Assembly (NCBI GenBank): GCA_040285825.1
Contig: JAUPSS010000003.1
Coordinates: forward strand, 682,001-746,000
Source of the DNA: Eukaryota sp. TZLM1-RC
Lineage: Eukaryota > Protista > Metamonada: BaSk clade
DNA: 64,000 nt
Direction of reading: 5' to 3'
A model generated the notes under the pieces. The model was not told the DNA's origin. It saw nothing but the letters and a program-made list of their open reading frames with translations, and did not search any database. Made by a program: the position numbers and the translations under genes. Shown one piece after another: positions 23,846 to 35,873 of this stretch. How positions within the stretch are numbered: the stretch's first letter is position 1; every line of letters starts with the position of its first letter.

Positions 23846-26800
23846 TTAGCTCCTCTTCCTAATTCTACTACTACGTCTAGGCTTCTTAGAAGGCGTAGAC
23901 TCATTGGAGGTACCTTGTCGTCGACTAGTGGTACGTTTTCCCATTTTCTTATTATCCTTACTAAATAACTTATAAGCTTCTGAGTGTTTAACTGAATGGA
24001 GTGGCTCTTCCGTTGTCTCACCGCCAAACCACTGAACAGTACAGAAACTACCTGAATCAGAGTGGTATTCTGAGAGGATTTTCTCTATAACGTGTTTTTC
24101 GGAATCGCCTGCAGCGACTGCCTTGAGGAACTCACTGTCCTGTGGATTTTCTGCGTTATAGATTTTGCAATCTTTCTTGGCAGCTTTTAATTCTGTGCCA
24201 GTAGTAAGATTCTTCAATATTAAAGTGGATTTGGAAGGAAGGTCAATAACTAAAAATGGTCCATTCCAAGATCCATGCAATTTATTATTTTGCTTGGTTT
24301 TACGTAAGACGTAGTCACCAATATTAAATACTATAAAACACGAATTAGTATTATCTACTGAAGACGGAGTATTTAATGTTTGGTGACGCTCTGCTTCTTC
24401 CCTTTTTTCTTGTAGACGAGTGTTTTTCATTTTGATGTCATCTAATAAAGGGATATTAGTTTCAAATTTGGATAAATTTCCTAATATATTAGCAGGGTCT
24501 GTTCTTGGACTAATCGAAGAACCGAACATGAGTTCGTATGGGGTAAAACCAGTTTTTCTGCTTTTAGTAGAATTTATTAATAGTTGGGATATAGGTACGT
24601 ATGTAGACCAATTTCCGTAATCATTGAAATCTATTAATAGTTTCCTTAAGCATTGAAGAACGTCTCTATGTTTACGTTCTACAAGTCCATTACTTTCTGA
24701 ATAGTGGGGAATTGAGTTACTCATCTCAATCGCTAATCTGTTACACACTATTTTGAAAGTCTCATTGGCGAACTCAGGTCCATTATCACTATGAATTAAC
24801 ATAGGTATGCCAAAGATAGCGCAAACATTCCAAATCAAGGCATCTGCGGTTTCTAAGGCATTGAGTTCTTTTAGAGGGACTAAAATTGTATATCCAGTAA
24901 AAGAGTCTACAAATACTAATAGATATTTATTTCCTTCGTTGTCAGAATTTAGGGGGTCCAATTGTATCGACATTTAATCTGGCAAAAGGACGATCTGCCC
25001 ATAAAGATCCTGTGGAAGGTGTTTTTGATCTTTTAACTGGAGCCGTTTTTTGACAAGTTGGGCATCTTTTGACATGATTAATAAGGTCCTTTCTCATATT
25101 GGGCCAGTAGAAATCACTTTTGGACAGTTTGTGTAAACTATCGTTTTTGCTGGGGTGACCAGATTGAACCAAACCATGTATTAATAATAGTGCCTGTTTT
25201 CTGAGGCTCTTTGGAATCAAAATTTTGTTTTTATTATTTTTCCAAATTTGAGTGTTTACATCTAGAATTGCGTTATCAAATAAAGAGTCGTTGTTGTTTT
25301 TGGCTATTTGTTGTTCAGATCTTATCTTAGACAGCCAAGAAGAAAAAATAGGTAGGTCTTGGTGTCTACTTAGAGATGAGATTGAAGGGATGTCTTCAAG
25401 ATCCGAATCAGAATCATCGTCTAGTGGAGGTATCTCGTAATTTGAAAGTAAAGTGTCTGGTATATTTATACTACAAATAGAAGGAGTTTCCTCGTTTTGA
25501 TCCAAATCAATATTCCTCGATAACATATCTGCCCAATGGTTGTCTTCACCAGGTTCGTGGACTATGTCAAAGTCGAATTCAGATAGTATCGGCAGCCATC
25601 TCTTTACAATTCCATTTTTCTCTGGGGCTGTAGCCAGGAATGCAATGTTTTTATGATCTGTGAAAATTGTTAAATGTCTAGTTAACAAGTAGCTTTCTAA
25701 ACAACTTTCAGTTAAAATCAGAAGTATTGCGTATAATTCTTTTTGTAAGGTGGACCATTTTCTTTGTGTTTCTGTAAGTAATCTACTATAGAATGACAAA
25801 GGTTTCACTTTCCTTTTATTTAGCGGGGTTCCTGCAGGGGAGTAGGGTTCAATTTCTTGCCAAATAACACCTCCTACTGCTACATCTGAAGCGTCAGTAC
25901 TTATCAATACTCGCTTGCCCGGAGCTGGTAATTCAAGGGGCATGTGGTTTACTATTAGGTCTTTTTATTTGTTTTAAGTAATCGTCATGCTTGCAAGTCC
26001 ATTTAATTATTCTGGGTTTTCCTTTAATTAGCTCGTTAATTGGAGCAATTAATTCAGAAATACCTGGAAGCCAATCTCTAATATAATTGATGGATCCTAC
26101 CAATGAGCGAACTTCTTTCACTGTTTTTGGTCTAGGGATTCTCATCAAGGCTTCGATTTTTTTCTTACTTATAAATCTAGTTTTATCCTGGAAGGTACTT
26201 CCTAAAATGTCGATAGGGTGTTTTGATGTTACGAATTTACATTTACGTAAGCCTATATTTACACGTCTATTTCTGGCGCATTGGAGGACTCTTTGTAATC
26301 TCTTATAGAAATCTTCGAAAGTCGTTCCAACTATTATGATATCATCAATATATATAAAAACGCCATCAATTTGGAATATTTCCATCATTACATTTTGGAA
26401 AACTGCTGGGATGTTCTTTAATCCGAAGCAAGCTCTTTTAAACATAATTGATCTTCCAGGGATTGAGATTGATGTTTTCTCAATATCCTTCTCAGCAACA
26501 TTCATCTGCCAGAAAGCTTTTGGTAAATCAAGCGTGGCGATGTAATTTGCTCTACTCAAAAATTCTAATATATCACTAATCCTAGGTAGATTAGGCTCTA
26601 CTGAAATCGTATGGGCATTAACTCCATCTTTACCACTAAAGTCTCCAGTTAACCTGGGTTTTTTGCCGTCAGGGTATATAACTAAGACAATAGGAGAGCT
26701 GAATTTATAATTAGATTCAACTGCATAGCCCATTTCGATCAGTTCATCAAATATTTTGTTTGCTATTTCCATTTTGCTGGGATTTAACCGTCTAGCAGGT

Positions 26801-29800
26801 TTATGTACTATAGCATTCTCATCTCTAAAGGGGATTGTTAGAGGATTACAATCGATTCCTTTTCTATTAGGAGTTTCACTAAAAACATCGCTGAATAATT
26901 TTAGTAGACTCGTTAATTTTAATTTATTATTACTATCATCTAAATTTATCTCACATCCAGATCTTGCTAATTGCTCCTCAAAATCAGAAGGACTTGGTGA
27001 TTGGTTATCTAAGTTCCCAATCGAATGTTGAGCGATCCTAGAGTCGAATTCTGATTCTGCATTTAGCAAAGTGCGGTGTTCTTTGTCTAATCTAATGAAA
27101 AGACCATCATCCGTCTGAAGCCCAAGTGCTTTTTAACATGTCTGTCCCTATTAATAATTTGTTCGAACCCGGGATTATGGGAAGAGTATGTTTATAGTGA
27201 ACTTGTTGCGCAATGCTTCCTACGTTGAACGACAGAATACCAGTTGCACTCCCTAGCGATTTTGTGGATACGTTATTAGCTGGTAAGAACTTAATAGTAT
27301 CCTTGCTATTGATTGACATATGGCATTGTTCAGCTAAATCTGCAGTAATAACTGAACAAAACGCAGCCGAATCTATAGTCGCAATCATTTTAATATCATT
27401 TATTGATATCTCCAGTCTTAGAAATGGAGAACGCTGGGACCTGACGTGGTTTTCACTAACCGTAGAATTAATATCAAAAATGCTATTGATATCAGAGCTG
27501 GTTTGGTGAATTTGTAGAGGAATTAAAAGATTTTGTTGAGCTGTTGGAAAGTTGTTGACTGGGTTTCCTAAATCGGTTGTTGATTGGTTGTGATTGATTG
27601 CGTTGATATGTACCCGATTAGGAAAGTTGCCTGTCCTGCTGTTCCGGTTGCTGTTGTTGATCCGTCTGTGAGGAACCGTACTCGAACGGGTCGGTTTTGA
27701 CTCAGTAGGGGATGCGTTTGATGATATGTCCTCTGTTGTGTTTATGTTATGTATAGGTCTGTACTGACCTCTTCCTTTATGACCTCTATAACGGCCTCCA
27801 CGGCCTCTAAATTTGAATCTATGTACACGTCTACCACGGCCACCTCGGCCCCTTTCTACACTGCCTCTACTAGCAGGCGCCTCCTGTTCTCCTAATCTGA
27901 ATCTTTCTTCTTTGGGAACTCTGCTTCTAGCACAACGAGGATCTTTGCATTCGAATACAGTGTGGCCAACAGGATTGTTACCTTCGACGTTGCTGCAGAA
28001 TGTACAGAATTTTGACCCTTCTCGTTCATGCTTTTCAGGGATGTATTTGTGTTGAGGGGTTCCTCTTGACTTTCCACCTGATCGTCTTGCTCGTTTTGTT
28101 GGAGCCTGGGCTGATGGTGTTACTCCTCTTGAGTAAGTTCTCATTGCCGTGAGTCCCAAAGGAATATCTTCTTCGTTAGCCCTGTTCCTTAGTACATCCA
28201 TTGTGGGCTTGTTTCCTGCTGTGTAACACCAAGCGAGGAAATGTCTTCTCGTTGTCGATATCAAATCGAGTAGAGTTGTTCTGTTCGGTGAGTCCCACAA
28301 GGATTCCCTAGTCCATACTGGGAGGAGTTCGCTTGATATAGCAAAGTTATCCAGACCCATAAGGAAGTACTCGGCTATTAGAGCGGGAGATATGGTTATC
28401 AACCCACTGCTTCCTCTAATTAAATCGGGGATGGTTAGGTCGGTCATGTAGGTGGTCATTCTCAAGACGTCTCCAAAATCTTCTACATAACGACCAAACT
28501 CGTTGTCAGCCTCATGCCTATTGTGGATTTTCCTCCAATTTATTCTAGGCTTCATTAGAGCTGTACAAGCCTCATGATATGATGTGAATTGCGTTCTTTT
28601 TAACAGAAATACCATGACGTCGGCGTCGGTATAATCAACACCGAGTAAACCTTGACTCTGCCATCTAGATAGAAGGCTAGGGTCGATCATGCTGGATATT
28701 CCTGTGGGGCAAGTGCTCATCATCATGCTCCTAAATAAATCATAATGGTGGATTGGGGGTCCGAGCTTATCTGTTATAGCTGGATCAATCCTTACCAAAG
28801 GCTGTGTTGTATCCCTGGTGATCTCGTCGCGTATATGTTTGGGGAGATCTTTAATCCTATCTTGGGTTATTTCTGCTTGGCCTTCTCCAAATAGCTGGGT
28901 AGCTATCATAAAGGCTCTGGTCCAATCTGATTGACCTGGGGCTTCGAAGCTTCTATTAACTATCTTTCGCCCGTATTTATCCCAAGTTTGAAATTTTAAA
29001 AGAAAAGCTATGATAGACATTTTGTTAATAGGGTCATCAGCGGATAATCGAGGTCTTTTATAGTCGATATCCTTAGACCGTGGATCAATCTGTCTATGAA
29101 GGCTACTAGCTATGCTCATGTCAATAGCTCTTCTTGAGGATTGTAGGTCCTCAATACGCATAGGTCTATCGGAAGAAGAGTCTCTTACTGAGGGTTGAGG
29201 AGGAGCCGTTTCTCCAACGACTGGCCCGTTCAACTCAATGTCTTCTCCAATTTCACTTTCCATGGGTTGAGAGGAAGTTGGTTCTTCCTGAGGTGCAACG
29301 TCTTGTCTTGTTACAGGTTCCGGGACGTTCACTGTTGGAACATGATCGGGTATGCTGTCGATAGAGCAGACCTGTATTGGTTGGCTTTTTTCAGAAATTA
29401 TAGGGGCTACAACAGGCAGTTTGGGAAGGTGGAGAGATGTGGATGGATCTCCCGTTACCCATTGTCTAAACTCTCGTTGTTTTGTGAACGAGTTACCATG
29501 TTGTTGGGTGTAGTTGTTAGGACGGCTCCTATACGTGGATACAGCTGATCGTTCCGTATGAATGTTATTTAGAGCGTCTGCATCAAACCAGGGGGTTACT
29601 GGTTCAAGCTTGTCTTGTTCACTACTATCCTCCTGCTCCATAAATTCCCTAAAATATGTGGGAGCACCCTCTGTCAGCTCCGTGTAATTATGGATTTCCG
29701 TATCAAAGTTAGGATCAAACCAGGCAGGCAATTTGGATTGTAGGATGTCTTCCGAGTCGGTCCTACTTCTCTGTTCGATGGGGAGAAACCTTATTCTCCT

Positions 29801-30757
29801 GCCGTATTGATCTAGGAAGGAGGCCTTCCAATCCAATCTATCTTTGATGGGAAGAGACATCAATTCATTGATTCTCTTGTCCATTCCAGAGATTCTGGGG
29901 CGGCGTTCTGCGTTACGCCCGAATGTCTCTCTACTCAATTTATCGAGTGCCTTTATGAGTTCATTCCTTTCATTGAGGGGAATTTCCAATACCTTTTGGG
30001 TATCCCCAATCATTCCGAGGGTCTGAAAACCAACGTTTCTGCCTCTTTTTTGAACGTAACTCCATAAAGGGGGAAGTTGCTCGAACAGACAGAAATCTGT
30101 TGGTTCGAGGTAAGCCTCCGCGTCCTCTCTTAATAACTTGTAGAACCCCTCAGAAGAGTCGTCTTCTCCCTCCATTTCATCTAGTTGAGATTGAATTTCT
30201 TCATATTCTCCTAATGGGGAAGACGTGTCTAAGGTGGGATCTCCATCCGTTCCCTTTGAGACAGGTTCTAGAATTGGGAGGGGAGAGGGAGCCAGGTCCG
30301 TTCTCGTTGCCTCTTCCATTGCTTTGAGGGGAGAGGGAGCCGGGTCCGTTCTCGTAACCTCATCTGTTTCTTTTTTCCTGAGGGGAGAGGGAACCGGGTC
30401 CGTTCTCGTTGCCTCATCTGTTTCTTTTTTCCTGAGGGGAGAGGGAGCCGGGTCCGTTCTCGTTGCCTCTTCCATTGCTTTGAGGGGAGAGGGAGCCGGG
30501 TCCGTTCTCGTTACCTCTTCTGTTTCTTTTTTCCTGAGGGGAGAGGGAGCCGGGTCCGTTCTCGTTACCTCTTCTGTTGTTGAAGATGGAGGGACCTCGT
30601 CCACTCTTTCATCTTCTTCTACATTAAGGGAGGGGGAGGTGGGATCCGGGTCCGTTGCCTCGTTGCCCTCTATATCATGTGTATGTGACGCTGGTACCTG
30701 CTGCATATTAAGTGGTGGATTAGAGTCAGAGATATCTGGTTGGGAGATGTCTGACAT
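23846..30757 (-). CDS. gag-pol polyprotein (about 2300 aa after removing three single-base homopolymer insertions)
   Basis: One extra base near each of 27132 (A run), 25964 (A run) and 24954 (C run) separates four ORFs. YIDD, TDASD, HSDNGPEF, NGLVER and GPF motifs are intact. Confidence 0.85.
30277..30575 (-). repeat. coding tandem repeat in gag N-terminus, six TRTDPAPSPL-type cores
   Basis: 48- and 54-bp units with linkers KAMEEA or RKKET(E/D)E(V/A). Confidence 0.95.
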
Positions 30758-30834
30758 GCTGTAAAGTGTCTGAAGATGTTCGCTAATGCTGAAGTTATGG
30801 TATACCTTTTGACTTTAAAATGGCCAATAATTAT

Positions 30835-30913
30835 TGTTGCCTAAAGTCTATTGTAGTAAAGAAAAGTCTGATTTATTTTCTATTCATATTATATAAGCCT
30901 TAGGGCGCCAACA
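30835..30913 (-). repeat. 5' LTR (79 bp)
   Basis: Identical to 23638-23716; contains TATATAA and AATAAA on the - strand. Confidence 0.97.
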
Positions 30914-31262
30914 TTATAGCTCTCGAATGGACCTATTGTTTACAGTAACATCTCCAATCATAAAAATTAATGATGTTTAACTAACATCAATAATAATCAA
31001 TGAAAATCGTTTCAGAATTTTAAACAAACAAGATCCAGCAAATGCTTTTGATGACATTTGTGTTTCCAATCATGATTTATGTCCACCATGAAGCCCATAA
31101 TAATTGAACTACTATTTTTGCAGTTTTTACAATGGAATTTACAAGATCATAAAAAATCAATCACCTTTGTTGAAATTACTATTACTTGAGTAGATTGTTG
31201 AAATAATTACTAGTGGTCACTAGAACTAATGTGGATTATCTATATTTACCCAAAAGGGACCA
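30914..31262 (+). repeat. right arm of the inverted duplicate (matches ~53645-54045)
   Basis: Continues the homology interrupted by Gypsy-2, with one ~40-bp deletion. Confidence 0.9.
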
Positions 31263-31626
31263 TTGAGTCTTGCAGAAAAGCAAAATTAGGGACATGTGAA
31301 ATTAAACTTTGCATTTGCTTGATCCCACAAATTGTTGGACGAAAATTGGAACCTTGTTGTCTTCTAAAATTCATTTGTTTTTTCCCAGAGGAATATGATG
31401 ATTTTTACATTGTATGTTGTGATCCTAGCCCCATCTTTGCAGTCACTAAACAAGTGATAATGCTTACCAGTTTTTGTTTTCATTCACCAAGACATTAATA
31501 ATGAAACAAAGACAAATATTATTAAACATCAAAACTTACAAAAAGCTAAATTTACAGCTGGTAACCAGTGGCACAACAATTCAAACAACAAAAGATGATG
31601 AAAGCGAAACTCAACAAAGAATCCAC

Positions 31627-32037
31627 CTACTCTAAAGGACTATAAACTGTTCGCTCCACCGTGTGTGTCTTACGATCTCCACTAAACATACACACTAAAT
31701 TGATGGTAAAGACCACCTCACCTTGGTCTTCAGCTGAGAATGTAATACGATACAGACCCATATTGTTGAGAAGCTTCCTTTTGTGTTTGGAAATTAATTC
31801 ATCGGGGAGGCCAGGTACCATGAACACTGCTTTGTTAATGCCACTGTTAAGCGAAAGCTTCTTAGTTGTCAATTGGACAACTGAGCGAGCAGATGCGACA
31901 TCCATAACCAGATCAATTGTTGCAGTGAGGTCATAATTTTGGGTAGAAGAAAGTTCAATTTCAACTGAGAAGTCATGTGAAGGGATAGAATCATCTTCAA
32001 TGGAACAGTGAGTGAGATTCAAAGAGTCAGTAGTCAT
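31627..32037 (-). CDS. small beta-sandwich protein, possibly ASF1-like fold
   Basis: Intact 136-aa ORF. The strand pattern (FSVEIEL, LNSGINKAVF, LYRITFS..GEVVF) loosely parallels ASF1, but canonical ASF1 motifs are absent. Confidence 0.55.
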   Translation of the reverse strand: MTTDSLNLTHCSIEDDSIPSHDFSVEIELSSTQNYDLTATIDLVMDVASARSVVQLTTKKLSLNSGINKAVFMVPGLPDELISKHKRKLLNNMGLYRITFSAEDQGEVVFTINLVCMFSGDRKTHTVERTVYSPLE

Positions 32038-32074
32038 TGCTTTTGTCTACAATATTATTGATTTGAATACAATG

Positions 32075-32569
32075 TGAGCAAACACGTATAGGAAATTCCC
32101 ATAAGTACACGATCAAATTTCGTGTGGAGCAATTACAAAAACTATCTGCTGCACAGATATTGAGGCCTTTCATTACCACTCATTCTTGCTTCAGCAATTG
32201 CAAACATATTCAGACAAGGTTGCTTATTTCTATTGAAAAGCTTTATTGAGCCTTTGTTACTGAGTTTGCAACTCTCACTGTTACAAGCCAATAAACCATG
32301 ACATGTAATAACAGGAGTCTTTTTTTCTTCTATAGAATCTGGGATTTGCGACTCTCAAAAACGTAGCAACCTTTTCAAAACAAGAAGGACATTTTGCTGA
32401 AGTGAAAACCTCATTAATGATCAATATTTCAAATCCATTTCTTTTCAGTAATTGAATCCATCCAATGAGTCGAGTAGGTCTCTGATGTTTCAAATTCTTG
32501 GAACCTTTTTTACCATAATCACCCATTAGTATTAAAATGTCTTTTGGGTTGCCAAAATTCTGAACAAGG
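32075..32569 (-). mobile_element. Fanzor locus D, 3' part, with downstream hairpins
   Basis: LMGDY, INEVFTSAKCPSC, CHGLLAC..C, FNRNKQPCLNM and GNERPQYL; stop at 32142-32144. Hairpins at 32087-32103 and 32107-32125. Confidence 0.9.
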
Positions 32570-34025
32570 ACCTTAGTTTTAATGCTGAATTTGATATTGA
32601 AAAACACATCAAATTTTTTATTTTAAAAATTTGTTATTCTGGAAAATTCACTCATATTTTAAAATCAACCTTCTTCAGTATCTCTTGATTTTTGTAAATC
32701 TTTCAACAAAGTTCGGGTCAAATTATTTTTTCTTTATTGGAGGTAAATGAATCTTTAATTCGAAGTCATGTTTTTTGTTCTGCTGAATTGGGTGGAATTG
32801 GTTTCACTAAATCAATTTTATGTAAAGCACCTTTTTTAGGAGGTGGAAAATTTTATTTTTGAATTTTTCCAAAGGTTTCCTTATGATGTTCATTTGATCC
32901 ATGGTGAATCAAATTTTTATTTGAATCAACTTCAAATTGAATTAAATAATTTGCCTAGTGATATCTGGATTCAGTGTTTTCCTCAGAATGTTCAATAAAT
33001 TCCCAACCGATTACCTCCAAATTTACGTTTTTGCCTGAAAAAGCTTCAGCACCATCTGGTTAAATTATATGAAGGCTTGGATTATGAAGTAAGATTTGGC
33101 TTGGTCAAAACTGAAAGTCCCGCTTTTGGTAATTATTTAAAGGACATTCGTGATAGTTCTGCTGCTCTTTTAGTAACTCAAATTCCCTCTGTTTATGGAT
33201 TTTTGTTAAAAAACAATGAATGGCTTTTAAACATGCGTTTTCGTTGTTTTCTGTGGCCAAACAATTTGTCCAATCATTTAACTTGTAAATGTGGTAAACC
33301 TATTTTGTTTACTCATCTTTTGAACTGTAAACATTTCATTACATTTAGAAGCAAAGTGCATAATAATGTCAGGAACCCAAATTAATGTTATGTGCAAATC
33401 ATAACGAGTAGATTCCTTTTTGAAGCCGTTGTTATCAAAAGTAATTCTTGATGACCCCAATATTGATAGTACGCGTTACAAGAGAACTTCTATGGGACTG
33501 ACAAGAGGTGATCTAGTTGTTCCCGGTTTAAATGGTAGTTTTACTATTTTAGACGCCATGTCTATTGACCCTTGTAATTCTTCTAACGAACATCTCATCA
33601 ACTCGGATGTAAATAATCCTCTTCTTGTAAGCGAAAAATATAAAATTGCTAAATATGCAAAACTTATTTCGTCAGTTAATGAAAATTCTCATGCCCAATA
33701 TAATTTATGTCTTTTTGTTTTTTTTGCTTGAATCTCCAAATAAGGCTGCTATGGCTTTCCTTGAGGATTTTGTTGTAGTTGTAACGGAAAGAACTGGACG
33801 AATTTTCAATCCTGTTTACTGGCAAAACAGGATTGTATTTTCTATTTTTAGGGGAATGGTAAAACTAACTTCTGATTCACTCTCTTCTTTTGGGAAATTT
33901 TCTGAATCTTTAGCAATTAATTGTTTTGATGTAGGGGAGATAGGTTTTGAGGATGTGGAGTTTTAATTGTGTATTTTATGTTTTTATACCGCTTAAATGA
34001 ATAAAATAAAAATAAATGAAAAAAA
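32570..34025 (+). mobile_element. 5'-truncated RLE non-LTR retrotransposon inserted in Fanzor D
   Basis: CKC..HLLNC knuckle, RSKVHN, TRGDL..LD, WQNRIVF and an AATAAA/poly-A tail. AAGG is present at both junctions (32566-32569, 34026-34029). Confidence 0.9.
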
Positions 34026-34965
34026 AAGGTTTTTTAACAACCAACTTTCAAACTTTTACTTGTGAAGAAAAGCTTGCATTTCATGAATGCTCCACAAGTC
34101 AAGACTGTAAAAGTCAATTGTCGAAAAAACTTGCCGAAGTTTGGCAACCACAAAGTTGGAAAAATATATAAAAGTTGCTGAATTGGCAGCAAACGCGGAT
34201 GATTCGGTGTTTGCATTTCCAATTGTCATTTCGTTAGACTCTGTCATTTGGTTCCCGTCGTAATACACCTCAATATACTTTGTCGCCCATCGTTTTTACA
34301 TTCATCCTACTTTCAAAGACCAGGACATCTGAGTCATTCTCAACCATTTGTACTTCTTGTCTTGATTCATCACCCGACTATTTCTTTGCTGTTCAGTTTC
34401 ATGTTCAGGCACCATGGCTAGTTCTTGATCAGTCTTTTTACTCCCAAAATACAATAAATCACGTTTTCCAGGATCACAAACAACAATTCGTTTGTCTTGA
34501 AAAGCATCAACATCAACATCATGAATATATAAATCAGAAATACTGGCCTTGTTGTCTGGCTTACATTTCTGACCTTGTAAATCCCGACGAACAAATTCTA
34601 CTGCAATATTAAATCCATCTGTGTGAATAATGTTGTTGAATTTATAGCTCTTCTGTTTGAACATTGGCTGGTTTAAATCGAGAATATTAGACCAAAAGTC
34701 AAATTGCTGAGGTGGTTTGAATTTCGTAATTTGGGCTAGTGTATTGGACATTTTTAATCTCTGATCAGGCAACAAATCGTCCATCAATGTTTGTCTAATA
34801 ATTGTCCATATTGTTCTTGTATCAATAGGAAAATATCCTGGACCCACAGTGGTTGAAGCAGGAGAAATATAATAAGGTTTTTTCTCTCTACTGGAGATCT
34901 ATTGGGCAATTGTAATTGCTAGTTTTAGGAATATTTGAGGATCTTTATATGGGAAAATTCCTGAT
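34026..34965 (-). pseudogene. Fanzor locus D, middle part
   Basis: KDPQIFL, PGYFPIDT, FWSNIL, FNNIIHTDG and RuvC-I VVCDPGKRDLL. Removing the LINE joins ESWLLKN-LVQNFGNP in frame. Confidence 0.88.
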
Positions 34966-35812
34966 GAAGTTTGATTTTCTTTTCATTTATCATTTTATAT
35001 GCCAGATTGCCTAATCCATGTCCGTAGGGTATTTTAATAATTTTTTTTGGCAAAAACCATAAAAGGAAAAAAGCCATTTTCCCTGATAACAACTTCTCTC
35101 CATCTTGGTGAAAGTTGATTGAGTACATCAATTGCTGTATCATCTCGAACAGTGGGAAATGGTAAATCAAAATAATTTAATCTATTTTTTAAAACCTGCA
35201 AATCAAACTGCATTAAATTGTGATTAAGAAAACAATGAGGTTGATGAGTACCAATAAGGTTTAAGAACCTATGAAGCAAGGTTTCTCGTCAGAGAAAATT
35301 TCTGCCTGAATATCGATATCAATGTCAGGTAATCTGATTTGAGGACTAATTCTCAATATAAGTGAATATTTACTCTCCAAAAAGAAATTATGACGATCAA
35401 ACTTATCAATAACAAGTGAAATTAAAAACACTTGTTGATCTGAAATCCACTCATCCATTTGCTCATCAGTTTTTTTTAAAAGATTTGCACCCTCTTTTCT
35501 CTTTTTGTTGATAATCTCGTCAGGAAGGAGAAATTGGCCATCATGATTTTGGTAAAGCTGACCATCCTGATAGATTTCAAGATCGAAGTACATAACAGTG
35601 GGAAGAATTTGATTTGGGGTCATTGATTTGAATTGAATCAATGGATCAGGCTTGAAGCCACTAAGACTTGGCTCAACTTTTTTGACCTTATTCGGTTTCA
35701 ATGGTTTTTTAGTCAAAATCTGCCTGTTCAACATTGTATTCTCAATACAAATTTCTCGGTTCAATACTTTTTGTTGTTGTTTTTCGCTTACGCTTTGATG
35801 TTTGCTGGTCAA
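34965..35812 (-). pseudogene. PolB-type (DEDD) 3'-5' exonuclease-like domain directly upstream of Fanzor D
   Basis: ExoI MYFDLE, QVFLIS, FSDEK.LLHRF, ExoII HNLMQFDLQVLKNR and GLGNLAYKMINEKK are spread over three frames. ExoIII is not clearly seen. Confidence 0.7.
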
Positions 35813-35873
35813 AAATCGCTTTTCTCATAATTTTTGATGGAGGAGTTGATTTAAAATTGGATCTTCTCTTTCT

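Larger units (their letters stand above)
23638..30913 (-). mobile_element. complete Ty3/Gypsy chromovirus-like LTR retrotransposon 2 (7276 bp)
   Basis: Two identical 79-bp TG..CA LTRs, TTAT TSD (23634-23637, 30914-30917) and a PPT at 23717-23733. Domain order is gag-PR-RT-RH-IN-chromo-like. An empty paralogous site lies at about 54035-54060. Confidence 0.97.

Noticed and set aside
987-27135. Programmed ribosomal frameshifts at similar RT/RNase H and RNase H/integrase positions in both Gypsy elements
   Set aside because: Each break is a +1 or -1 base in a homopolymer, at non-equivalent codons and of inconsistent sign. Long-read or polishing error, or slippage mutation, explains this better.
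30277-30575. CRISPR-like array of ~36-bp repeats
   Set aside because: The 'spacers' are only two recurring short variants, the units are multiples of 3 inside gag, and there are no cas genes.
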